Shown here piece by piece: positions 11,463-21,211 of a stretch of 64,000 nt of DNA. The notes under the pieces are model-generated. The model was not told the DNA's origin. It saw nothing but the letters and a program-made list of their open reading frames with translations, and did not search any database. How positions within the stretch are numbered: position 1 is the first letter of the stretch; each line of letters opens with the position of its first letter. The stretch spans positions 4,224,001 to 4,288,000 of the forward strand of contig CBDCNP010000002.1 of assembly GCA_965219415.1 (NCBI GenBank), given 5' to 3'. The stretch is from Candidatus Marinacidobacterales bacterium (GTDB taxonomy: Bacteria > Acidobacteriota > Vicinamibacteria > Marinacidobacterales > DATDRI01). Both the position numbers and the translations under genes were made by a program.

Positions 11463-12360
11463 GTAGGGTCGAGGGCTGGCGCGGTGCTCCGTAGGCGCGG
11501 CCTATCTGTTTCTCCCCGTTTCCTGTGGGAGTGCCTCACTAGCCGCACCGTAAGTCCGTTTCCAGCCCCCGCCACATCGCACGCAGCGTACGGCTTTCCC
11601 GCACTACGCGCTCCTGCACACTTCCCGCGAAGGGTTATGTGACCTATCGAGCCGGGGTGTCTTTCGGCGAATCTACGAGATATCGAACTCGGTAATCGAA
11701 CAGTCCGACAGTCGCGTACATCCATCGCCTACTCCATCGCTTCCAGCCGAAACCTTGGCGCAAGAAGCGCCAAGACTTCTCGGCCTTCGCCTTGACGTAT
11801 ATCCTTCGTCTCAGCTCCTGCAGAGTGATGGGTGATTTTGTCATCTCACCCCTGCCTCGCTTGTTGACGAAGGAGTTGTGTGCAGCAGGGCCCCTTTGCT
11901 CCACGGGCGTTGCCCCGTTTCAACGCTACTACGGACCCAGCCGCCACCGTCTCGTCTTCGACCGTTTTCCCGGGGCCTCCGGTTATGCGGTCTACCTTGC
12001 TCCGTCGATTTCTCGACGGGACGAGGACGGCTTCTCCAGTTGCTTGGCATGTCCTTGTCACCGTGCTGTCCCTACCACCCCGCCACAGGGATGTGCCTCA
12101 TCAGATAGTCTGACAACACATCCTGTTGCCTTCGTCCGACACGAGAAAACTCGGCCTCTGGGGTCTATTTTTTTGTCGGGGCCACCTATGGGTTCACTTG
12201 TGTTACGGCCCGGTGACTCGCTCACCATCCTCAAGATGGCTTTGTCAGTCAGCTTCATCCGTCTCGTTTCCTCCACGAACGTGACTCAAGCTACGGGGCG
12301 CTAACTTTTTCCCCGGTGGGACTCTCTCCCACTGAACATGCCAGCCTTCGCTGGACGCAC
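11463..12360 (-). ncRNA. Group II intron (898 nt) with internally deleted RT ORF
   Basis: 5' GTGCG at 12360, DV/DVI-like GAGCGCGTAGTGCGGGAAAGCCGTACGCTGCGTGCG...CCCTAC 3' end; ORF has only the N-terminus (LQELRRRIYVKAKAEKSWRF) joined to the C-terminus (GFGWKRWS). Confidence 0.88.
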
Positions 12361-12439
12361 TCGTGTCCAAAAATACAAACGAACCCTCGAAGACTCTATC
12401 CACCAAGGGCACAGTTTTGGCACAGGACGCGTGGCAGGG

Positions 12440-13999
12440 TTAACTGGCCCTGCCCACTGTGCTTGCGCGCAGCCCCTTCCAGGTGCTGTAGCACATGGCG
12501 ACCAGCACCAGCGCGAAGGGGAGGCCGGTGGCGAGGGTGGCTGCCTGTGCAGCCACGAGGCCGCCGCCGAGCAGCAGCGCGATGGCGATGATCCCCTCGA
12601 GAACGCACCAGAACACTCGCTGGGCGACTGGCGCATCCAGCTTGCCGCCGGCGGTGATGGTGTCGATGACCAGCGATCCAGAGTCGGAGGATGTGACGAA
12701 GAACACCACAATCAGCACGATGCCGAGGAACGACGTGATGTTCGCAAGCGGCAGCGTCTCCAGCATCGTAAACAGGGCTATCTCCGGCTGCTGCGCCTGC
12801 ACCGCCGCGATCACCTCGGGATGACCGTGGTCAACGTACTGCGATACCGCAGTCCCGCCGAAGGCGTTCATCCAGATCGCGGCAACCAGCGTCGGGATGA
12901 TCAGCATGCAGGCAGTCAGCTCGCGCACCGTCCGGCCGCGCGAGACCCGCGCGATAAACAAACCGACGAACGGGGACCATGAGATCCACCAGGCCCAGAA
13001 AAAGACAGTCCAGCCGTGCATGAAGTCGAGATCCTCTCGGCCCACCCAGTTGCTGAGGGGGCCGATCGCCGCGAGATACTGGCCGAGGCTGGTCACGGTG
13101 CCGGTGACAATGTCGAGCGTCGGTCCGACCGTCAGCATGAACGCCAGCAGTAGCAGGGCGAGCAGCAGGTTGGCCTCGCTCAGCCGCTTGACCCCCTTCT
13201 CCATCCCGCTGACAACCGACGCCAGCGCCATGCTGGTAATGCCGACGATCAGCAGCACCTGGGTGGTGGTGGTGTTGGTCGCCGGCGCGCCAAACAGGTG
13301 GGCCAGCCCCGCCGCCGCCTGTTGGGCACCCAGGCCGAGCGACGTGGCCAGCCCAAAGAGCGTGGCGAAGACGGCGAGGGTGTCGATGCCGTGGCCGAAC
13401 CGGCCCCACACCGCATCCCCCATGAGCGGATAGAACGCCGACCGTAGTGTCATCGGCAGGCCGAGGTTGTACGATGCGAAGGCAATCCCCAGCGCCACCA
13501 CTGCGTACATGGCCCACCCATGGATTCCCCAGTGGTAGATGGCGCTGGCCAAGCCGAGGTGGGCTGCCGCCGTGTCGGTCGCCTTGAGACCGAGCGGCGG
13601 TTGCAGGAAGTGCTCCACCGGCTCCGACACCCCGAAGAACATCAGGCCGATGCCTATCCCGGCAGCGAACAGCATGGCGAACCAAGCAGAGCGGGAGTAG
13701 TCCGGCCGGGCATCCGCGCCGCCCAGGCGCACGCGGCCGAGCGGCGTTACCACCAACATCAGGCAGAAGAGCACGAAGAGGTTGCCCGCGCTCATGAACA
13801 CCCAGTCGAAGGTCGACATGAGCCATGCGCGCAGCGCCCCGAAGGCGGCCGCCGCACCGGCCTGGAACACTAGCACGCCTGAAACGAACGCGATGATGGT
13901 CAGACTGGAGACGACGAAGACCGGATTGTGGATGTCGAGGCCGAGGAGTTGGACGTTGTCCTGACCCAGCTTGTAGTCGATCTTCGAGACCTCAGCCAT
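12440..13999 (-). CDS. BCCT family (betaine/carnitine/choline) transporter
   Basis: WFAMLFAAGIGIGLMF, WTVFFWAWWISWSPFVG, FFVTSSDSG. Confidence 0.95.
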   Translation of the reverse strand: MAEVSKIDYKLGQDNVQLLGLDIHNPVFVVSSLTIIAFVSGVLVFQAGAAAAFGALRAWLMSTFDWVFMSAGNLFVLFCLMLVVTPLGRVRLGGADARPDYSRSAWFAMLFAAGIGIGLMFFGVSEPVEHFLQPPLGLKATDTAAAHLGLASAIYHWGIHGWAMYAVVALGIAFASYNLGLPMTLRSAFYPLMGDAVWGRFGHGIDTLAVFATLFGLATSLGLGAQQAAAGLAHLFGAPATNTTTTQVLLIVGITSMALASVVSGMEKGVKRLSEANLLLALLLLAFMLTVGPTLDIVTGTVTSLGQYLAAIGPLSNWVGREDLDFMHGWTVFFWAWWISWSPFVGLFIARVSRGRTVRELTACMLIIPTLVAAIWMNAFGGTAVSQYVDHGHPEVIAAVQAQQPEIALFTMLETLPLANITSFLGIVLIVVFFVTSSDSGSLVIDTITAGGKLDAPVAQRVFWCVLEGIIAIALLLGGGLVAAQAATLATGLPFALVLVAMCYSTWKGLRASTVGRAS

Positions 14000-14096
14000 A
14001 TGGTGTTGCAATAGCGTTTTACCATGCGGAGGCTTTTGTTTCTACCCTCGACCGGGCCCTTCGTGAATAGTCCGGGCTAGCCGGCGCGGAACCGCA

Positions 14097-14481
14097 GGTG
14101 CTTGCTCCGTTTACTGTTGCCGGCTCGTCCACGTCGTCGTGCGAGGACAGCTGTGCTCCGCAATAAGTCTATCCAGTGTCGATTGCTCGGTTTAGACCTG
14201 CCAAGTTCGGACGCTTCTGGCCGGTTTTATTTTTTGCGGATCACAACCCCGGTGGTGCGGACATCGAGCCACATTTCCGCAGTCGGATGAGAGCGCGAAC
14301 AAATGACGAAATCATGCGGGCATGGTGCCGGCAGACCGGAGACTAATCAAGTTCGCGCGCGCGGATGAATAAATAGAAGGCACAACTCGCTCTTGCTCGA
14401 CAAAACAAACCTTTCGACGTAAGCGTTCAGATTCGGCGAACGGTACGAGCTTCTGGGCGATCTTATTTATTGCAGATCACA
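14097..14481. repeat. Cluster of nested ends: degenerate IS1-MITE end, type E MITE (14152-14245), R end (14384), rve fragment, E-like end (14481)
   Basis: Direct similarity to the other repeat copies; SPNLNAYVERFVLS fragment. Confidence 0.75.
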
Positions 14482-14734
14482 CCCATTAGACTGCACTTTA
14501 CCGGGCAAAAGAGCGAATGTTCGGTGATGCCGAAGGATACAGGTCTCCCTCCGGAGCGATGAATGTGGTCTCGCCCGATTGTAGTCGTCACGCCATTCAG
14601 TCAAGAGTCGGCGAGATGTTCCTCGTGGGAGACGGCTGTCAGGCCGTGCGCCTTGACGAACCGGCACAGCACCGCGTCGACTCGGAAAGACCAAGTTGCC
14701 CGTGGCCGAGGTCAGGGCTCCGCCGATGGCCAAG

Positions 14735-14973
14735 ATTGACCGGATGCGAGATCGGGGTGACCAGCCGTCCGGTGGACGATGATGCGGATGTCTGCGCTTA
14801 CCCTTACCGACCAGAAATTTTTGTCCTTGGACTTATCCAGCTTGTGGAAGCTCAGTCCAGGATTGGCGGAATTCAATTGGAGGTCAAACGCTGTGGTTTT
14901 GACCGCCTTCTGCTCGTCCCCGTTGAGTCGCACGAGGCTGTCAGTGAAGGTATCGGGAGATGAGAAAATCCAT
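14735..14973 (-). pseudogene. N-terminal RelE-like domain fragment of a UvrD-type helicase
   Basis: DTFTDSLVRLNGDEQKAVKTTAFDLQ...FWSVRVSADIRIIVHRT; frameshifted and truncated. Confidence 0.6.
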
Positions 14974-14986
14974 CCAATTCTTGCTC

Positions 14987-15465
14987 TCAGGTCGAAGGCA
15001 GGCGCTCTGGCCAGTAGTAGTGAACGGGCGCCAGCCACCTCGACGACGGGTTCTGTTCACTGGTCGGGAGCTTGGCGAACAGGTCCTCCGGCCAAACCCG
15101 ACGGAATCCTTCACGTGCCGCAACAGCCGCGATCAGCGCATCCCTTCGGTTGTCCTTAGGATCGTCAAGTGTCACATCTGACTGAATCGCACTGAACTTC
15201 TGCTTCCAGAAACCACGACCCAACGCCAGCAAAACGGCCTTTGGATGGGCCTCGGTTAATCCCATAGAAGGGAATCGGTCACGTAACAAGTGAGCGACGA
15301 GGACACCCTGGACAAGAACGCTTCCCCAAAGACTGTTCACCGCTAGGATGCTCCGACGCGCCGCGGGATACCGGGCAAGAAGCCGGCGGTCTGCGTCACG
15401 GAGGCCAGACGAACCCGACGACCACCAAAGCGGAGCATCGATTCCCGCAGCCTGAGGGACCTCCC
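14987..15465 (-). pseudogene. DUF429-like (RNase H-like nuclease) 5'-truncated
   Basis: GIDAPLWW, R.AD, EAHP, RRDALIAA. Confidence 0.7.
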
Positions 15466-15643
15466 CGTCCTGTGCCAAAACTCAGCCCTTTTGAAATAGA
15501 CCATAAATCAGCAACTTAGAGTCTGTGTTTGCGGCCGTGCCCAGGACCGAGCGCGAACAAACGACGAAATCATGCAGGCATAGTCCCGACAGATCGGAGA
15601 CCGATCAGGTTCGGGGCGCGCGGATGAATAAATAGAAAGCACA
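15466..15643 (+). mobile_element. 178-bp MITE (A + R ends)
   Basis: Copy of 6920-7096. Confidence 0.85.
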
Positions 15644-15734
15644 GGGTACGACACTCCGTCCTGGCGCGCAACGGCAGCCGTGGATCATCGGACAACAGCC
15701 AGAGAAACGTGCAGGTGTCGAGCAGGAGCGTCAC
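15644..15734 (-). pseudogene. VapC/PIN toxin N-terminal fragment
   Basis: LLLDTCTFLWLLSDDPRL. Confidence 0.65.
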
Positions 15735-15974
15735 GGCGACACCCCTGACCATCGCTCCGGGATGGGCCACGGGGCTCCGACCCGCTGTTCGATTGCCTGC
15801 TGGCAGCGGGTGCCGTGGCCGCCGAGCCACCGTGTGACCCGCGACGCTTTCTTATCAGTCCGCTGGTACTTTGCGCCGACCATCAATGAGCCGTCCAGCG
15901 GATAGACATCACCCGTGTGTTGCACCAACACACCGGTATCGCACAACCGCTCAACGACGCCCGAAAGGATCTCC

Positions 15975-16121
15975 CGTCCTGTGCCAAAACTCGGCCCTTT
16001 AGAAATAGACCACAAATCAGCAGCTTAGACGCCCTTGGAATCCGCGCAGAATCCAGGGTATTTCGCGCCGCAGGGCTGACTTCCGACCCATGGGCTGGCG
16101 GATGAATAAATAGAAGGCACA
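15975..16121 (+). mobile_element. 147-bp MITE (type A)
   Basis: CGTCCTGTGCCAAAACTC...GAATAAATAGAAGGCACA; eight full copies in the window. Confidence 0.9.
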
Positions 16122-16361
16122 ACCAGAGGAACAAGGGGAAAAAGCTCATTGACGGTTTACCCGTCGTGTCCAAAAACACAAACGAACTCAAGATCTGTGT
16201 CGCAAGCTAGACGGAACGGATGCTCTGGACGGCCGAGTTTTGGCAAAGGATGCCGTCAAGCGTACTCGCTAATCAGATCAAAAATATCCAGAAGAAACGT
16301 AATCTGACGACGGTCGAGCTTTTCACGCTGGGCGAGCGGGACGGCCCTGAACCATTCGTCT

Positions 16362-16527
16362 GGTGCTTCCGCCATTAAGTGTTGGTGAGATGACGCTAAG
16401 ACTTTACGGTGCATTAAGTTACAGCCAAAATAGCGCTCGTGACCTTCGCTGCGCGCTAAATAGAGCGTAAGCGACTCTTTTGCAACGGGATACGTCCACA
16501 TCATCAACAGTAAACAGCGCAAGCACC
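16362..16527 (-). mobile_element. IS1-derived MITE (type B)
   Basis: Copy of 647-812. Confidence 0.85.
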
Positions 16528-17129
16528 CCAGAAGGTCATCCGTCGCTTCTTTGGGCCAGCGTGCCTCTACGGCCAGGTCCTCAAAACGCGCAGGAACGAT
16601 CGCATCATCAAGGTCGAACGGAGAGCGCTGCACGGAGCCGCGTGGCGATTTGATGACGCGCTCAATAACTCCGAGGACTCCTCGACATTGAACACGTCGT
16701 TCATCGAGCGGTTGAATCTGACCATCCGGCAAAGCTCGGCATACCTTTCGAGACGAACGCTTTCCCACGCTCGCTCGACGGAGAAGCTCGATGAGCACAT
16801 GGAATTGCTCCGTTGCTATTACAACTTCGTCCGACCGCACGGAGCTCTGAAGTTCGGACGTGAGATCCGAACTCCGGCTATGCAAGCCGGTCTCACCACG
16901 CGACGGCTCACCTTTCGAGACATCTTCTTGGCGACGACGATTCCTTTGTGGTCGCGGATCGAGGTTTTCCTGCTCACTGGGGTGCGCAACCCGGTCTCTT
17001 CCGCACCTGTACCACTGCCCCGCAGCCGCGTAGCAACATATCTGGACTCCTCTAGTCAAGCCCCTTTCTTTCTAGTCACGCCCCTTTCTTAATAAATCTT
17101 CCATCGAAGCTGCGCATCCATCGCGTCGT

Positions 17130-17300
17130 GACGAGTGGGTCAGACTGCAAACGTATCTTCGGCCTCAGTGAGGAGCGTCTTGGGTGCTCCGGGCCATGAT
17201 GGAAAATCCGCGCGCGAGGAGCCAATCACTTTGAACGACCTCTTAGGGCCAGTGTTGCTATTGGCTTGACCCCGCGCCGGTCCGACCGGTACGCCATCAG
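17130..17300 (-). ncRNA. Putative bridge/seekRNA of the IS1111 element (boundaries approximate)
   Basis: 10-nt match to target (17251-17260) and 9-nt match to predicted circle junction (17196-17204). Confidence 0.7.
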
Positions 17301-17368
17301 TTGGATGGGTATCGTCGCAGCCTCTTTTGGAAGGGAAAAAGGAAAACACGAAAGTGGAGCCTCTAAAT

Positions 17369-18400
17369 CTAAGCGGCCACCGGCGACTGGAATTCACTCT
17401 CGCGGGTGGAGACGGCCCAGACGATCCGGGCGAGTTTGTTGGCGACAGCAATCACGGCCTTGTTGTGTCCCCGCGAGCGGTGGACCTTCCGAGCCCAGGC
17501 GCGGAGCTTGTCGGGCGGGCTCTTGCTGACGTTCGCCGCGCGGAGCACGGCGCGCCCGCCCTGGGTGAGGAGCATACGGAGGTAGGAGTCGCCACGCTTG
17601 GTGATGCGTCCGAGGCGGCGAATGTCGCCACTGGAGTTTTCCTTGGGAACTAGGCCGAGGTAGCTCGAGAAGCGGCGCCCCGATGGGAAGCGGCGAAGAT
17701 CGCCGACGAAGCCCACGATGGCGGTCGCGGCCAGAAGTCCGATGCCGGGAATGGCGAGAAGTCGTTGGACTTCAGGAAGCTGCTTGGTGAGCGCCTTGAG
17801 CTCGTGCTCGATGCTAGCGCACTTGTCCTTGAGTTCTCGAATCTCGGAGCAGGCATCACGGAGATGCGAACGGAGCACGTCGGGCAAATCAGAATCAGCG
17901 TCTTCGACGAGTTCGAAGAGGGCGGGCACGACGAAGTGAGCGCCCTTTGGGATGATGAATCCGAGTTCGCGCAGGAGCCCGCGTACGGCATTGATGCGTG
18001 CGGTCCGTGTGGAGAGCCATCCTGAGCGCAGGCGATGGAGCGCAGCGAGGGTGTGCTGGTGCACGGACTTGATGGGTACGGGAAGAAGCTCCTCGTTCCT
18101 GTAGGCCTCGAGCAACGCCTTCGTGTCGGCGCGGTCGTTCTTGCTCCCGCGTCGATACGGCCTCACGAGGTGAGGTGGGAGCAGGACGACGTCGTGTCCC
18201 AACCTTCGGAACGTCCTTGCCCAGAAGTGAGCCGAGCCGCAGGCTTCGAGAAGCACGGTGGCAGCGCTCTGTTTGGCAAAGAACGACACCAATTTGGGTC
18301 GACTCACACGGAGTTGCTTGGACACCTTCCCCGCTTCTCCCGAGATGGCAATCTCGAAGACGTTCTTTGCAAGATCCACAGCGATTGTCGTATCTTTCAT
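17369..18400 (-). CDS. IS110-family DEDD recombinase/transposase
   Basis: IAVDLAKNVF, LEACG, KNDRAD, GLVPKENSSG, KRGDSYLR. Confidence 0.95.
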   Translation of the reverse strand: MKDTTIAVDLAKNVFEIAISGEAGKVSKQLRVSRPKLVSFFAKQSAATVLLEACGSAHFWARTFRRLGHDVVLLPPHLVRPYRRGSKNDRADTKALLEAYRNEELLPVPIKSVHQHTLAALHRLRSGWLSTRTARINAVRGLLRELGFIIPKGAHFVVPALFELVEDADSDLPDVLRSHLRDACSEIRELKDKCASIEHELKALTKQLPEVQRLLAIPGIGLLAATAIVGFVGDLRRFPSGRRFSSYLGLVPKENSSGDIRRLGRITKRGDSYLRMLLTQGGRAVLRAANVSKSPPDKLRAWARKVHRSRGHNKAVIAVANKLARIVWAVSTRESEFQSPVAA

Positions 18401-18536
18401 TTGGACTCCTCCTTTTCGATGCGTATTCGACTGACTTTGGCACATCGATGCCGTCTATGTCAGTGGAGGAGTCCATTCCATCACTTGATGGCGGAAGCAC
18501 CGCCTCGCGTCCGCGCGGCAGATGCCGGGACCGCAC

Positions 18537-19853
18537 CTAGTAGTGGGAGTCCGCCGTGAGAATCGCCTCAAGCAACACAGCCGTACCGTTCGCCACGTCT
18601 TTCGGCTCAGTGAACTCCTCGGGAGAATGACTGATGCCGTTTACGCTGGGTACGAAGATCATCCCAACCGGAGCAAGAAGAGCGATACTCTGGGCATCGT
18701 GTCCTGCCCCGCTCGACATCGAGAGCGTTGATAGTTCGAGCCTTGCCGCAGCCTCTTGGACGATCTCTTGGAGCGTTTGATCAGTCGGCGTAGCGCGGCT
18801 CACGTAGTACCGGTCGAATGAGATCGTAGTGGCGTTGCGCGCTGCGACGGTTCGACTCTCCCGTTCGATCTCACCAAAGACGCTCTCGATCTTGGCCATC
18901 TCGAGGTCGCGTATCTCGAGGCTGAGCTCGACTCGACCGGACACGACGTTCGGGGCTCCGGGATGAACCTCGAGTTTCCCCACCGTGCCTACCTGACGAC
19001 CGGGCGTCTCGGTAACGACAGCGTTGACGAGCTCGATGAAGCGCCCCGCAGTCAACATTGCGTCTCGTCGTTGATTCATCGGAGTCGTTCCTGCGTGGTT
19101 GGCTAAGCCTTCGACAGTGACGTTCCAGCGGATAATCCCCACGATTCCTTCGACAACGCCGATGTCGATCCCCCGCTGATGGAGGGTCGCACCTTGCTCG
19201 ATGTGGAGTTCCAGGTAGCAGGCGATCGATCCTGGCTTCCGCTGTGCCTCGACGATCCGAGTGGGATCCCCGCCGATATAGGCGATGCCCTCCCCGATCG
19301 TCTTCTCGGTATGCGTAGGAAGCGCTAGCTCTCTGTCTTCGACTTCGCCCGAGAGAGCACGGCTTCCAGTCTTGCCGTTCTCTTCGTTCTGAAACAGGAT
19401 CACCTCAAGGGGATGCCGCGTAAGCCAACCAGCGTCGGACATCGTGTGAACGACCTCGACCGCGGCCATCGACCCGACCTGACCATCGTAGTTTCCACCG
19501 TGAGGTACCGAGTCAATGTGCGAGCCGAAGAGGATTGGGGGCAGGCTCGGCTCCTGCCCGTCACGACGACCGACCACGTTTCCAGCGACGTCGATGCTGA
19601 CGTCGAGCCCAGCCTCCTCCATGGCCGAGATGGCATAGGCTCGTCCCTCACAATCGGCTTCGCTGTAGGCGACTCGGCTGATACCGTCCTCGGCGGTCCG
19701 GCCGAAGCGTGACAGCTCGCTGAGCCGGCGGTTCACGCGATCGCCGTTGATGTTGAGGCGAAGGCGTTCTCTGGGATGTTGGACCGGACGCGGAGAGACG
19801 GGAAGCGAAAGCGCGCAAGCTCCGAGACTCAGTAAGAACTCCCGACGCTCCAT
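18537..19853 (-). CDS. Zn-dependent M20 hydrolase (allantoate amidohydrolase/N-carbamoylase family), Tat signal
   Basis: RREFL, GSHIDSVPHGGNYDG, ELHIEQG, SGAGHDA, ISHSPEE. Confidence 0.92.
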   Translation of the reverse strand: MERREFLLSLGACALSLPVSPRPVQHPRERLRLNINGDRVNRRLSELSRFGRTAEDGISRVAYSEADCEGRAYAISAMEEAGLDVSIDVAGNVVGRRDGQEPSLPPILFGSHIDSVPHGGNYDGQVGSMAAVEVVHTMSDAGWLTRHPLEVILFQNEENGKTGSRALSGEVEDRELALPTHTEKTIGEGIAYIGGDPTRIVEAQRKPGSIACYLELHIEQGATLHQRGIDIGVVEGIVGIIRWNVTVEGLANHAGTTPMNQRRDAMLTAGRFIELVNAVVTETPGRQVGTVGKLEVHPGAPNVVSGRVELSLEIRDLEMAKIESVFGEIERESRTVAARNATTISFDRYYVSRATPTDQTLQEIVQEAAARLELSTLSMSSGAGHDAQSIALLAPVGMIFVPSVNGISHSPEEFTEPKDVANGTAVLLEAILTADSHY

Positions 19854-19925
19854 AGGCGGGAGTGTAGCCGAAACTTGCGCGCTGTGGTCGCTGCGAGCTG
19901 TCCCCGTCCTGTGCCAAAACTCGGC

Positions 19926-21211
19926 TGTCCATCATCATTATTAATCCGGGACCGGACTCTAGGGCCCGGGCCGCCCTCGAGCACATGCTGGAGAGCGTGG
20001 TCAGCGCGCGAGGGAAGGTGCTGAGGACGAACTTCTCGGCGACCAGCCGAGTAACGCGAGCGACCAAGCTGACTCAGGCTGCCTCTCGCCACTCGTATCG
20101 ATGGTGCAGTCCACCGACTCGCGGCAGTGCGACGACTTTCGCCGTAGGAGACGGTCGGTGCGTGACCGTTCTCAAGCTCGGTGTGTCCTTGTTCAGTCCC
20201 AAGTGGCAACGGTCCTCATGATAGTAGCTGATGTAAGCTCGCACGAGCCGGATGAGATGACATGCACCGAGAACCACGACGTGCTCAAGGAGCTCGCGAC
20301 GGCAGCTGCCGATCCACCGCTCCGCGGTTCCGTTTTGCCATGGGCTGCGAAACGAAGTGCAAACGGGTTTTGTGCCCGTTGCCTTGATGAACTCGATGAC
20401 CGCAGCGTTAAAGATGAAGTCGCGATCGAAGATGAGATATCTCGGAGCGGTGTCGTAGGGAAACGCCTCGCGTAGTTGCTGAATAACCCAAGCAGACGTC
20501 GGGTGGAACGTGGCGTTGAAGTGAACGATGTGCCGACGACCGTGCTCGATGACGAAGAAACCGTACAGCAGCCGGAGCGACGCGGTGGGCACAGTGAACA
20601 GATCCATGGCGGCGATATCGTCTTTATGGTTGCGCAAGAAAGCCATCCATCGTTTCAGCTGGTCGGGCCCCGCGGGACGCCGCGGCAGGTATCGCGACAC
20701 CGTGCTCTCGGAGATGATGAAACCGAGCTTGGTGAGCTCAGCATGGATGCGTGGCGCCCCCCAGCCGTCTTGCGCCATCGTGCGGACGAGGCGACGAATC
20801 TCGGCATCAATCCGAGGCCGACCGGGATGGCAGCGCTGCGAGATCTTTGCCCAGTACCGTCGGAATCGGTCGCGATGCCAACGGGCTACGGTGTCCGCGT
20901 GGACGATGAGCAGGCGGCTCGCCCACACGGGCCACGAACCTCGAAGGGCAACCCAGAAAGCCCGTTCCGTGTCGTCGAGCGGTGGGCGTGGGCGCTCTTT
21001 CTTCAGCGCCGTCACTTGCTGCCGCAAAGCGACGTTCTCCAACACCAGGTCGGCGCGGCGCCGACACATCGCCCGAATGGCACGGACGCCAAGTGAGACG
21101 AGGAAGACAACAACGTTGAGCATAGCGGCGGAGTTTCGCCGTCTTCGGCCCGGAATTCAAGCGGAGCGTAAGTCCTTGATTTCGTGGGCGGAGCAGTTTT
21201 GACGATGCACA
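19926..21211 (-). mobile_element. rve/IS481-like IS, second copy, abutting a 21-bp A-end stub (19905-19925)
   Basis: Near-identical to 9697-10981; CDS 20074-21123. Confidence 0.9.
20074..21123 (-). CDS. Integrase-core (rve) DDE transposase, 349 aa
   Basis: A few substitutions relative to 9784-10833. Confidence 0.9.
   Translation of the reverse strand: MLNVVVFLVSLGVRAIRAMCRRRADLVLENVALRQQVTALKKERPRPPLDDTERAFWVALRGSWPVWASRLLIVHADTVARWHRDRFRRYWAKISQRCHPGRPRIDAEIRRLVRTMAQDGWGAPRIHAELTKLGFIISESTVSRYLPRRPAGPDQLKRWMAFLRNHKDDIAAMDLFTVPTASLRLLYGFFVIEHGRRHIVHFNATFHPTSAWVIQQLREAFPYDTAPRYLIFDRDFIFNAAVIEFIKATGTKPVCTSFRSPWQNGTAERWIGSCRRELLEHVVVLGACHLIRLVRAYISYYHEDRCHLGLNKDTPSLRTVTHRPSPTAKVVALPRVGGLHHRYEWREAA

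Larger units (their letters stand above)
17039..18483 (-). mobile_element. IS110 family, IS1111 group element
   Basis: Sub-terminal IRs TGGACTCCTC at both ends, CA core, long downstream non-coding region. Confidence 0.9.
16528..18501 (+). pseudogene. IS1-family 3' remnant whose right IR is interrupted by IS1111
   Basis: NTSFIERLNLTIRQ, YYNFVRPH; IR resumes CTTGATGGCGGAAGCACC at 18484-18501. Confidence 0.85.
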
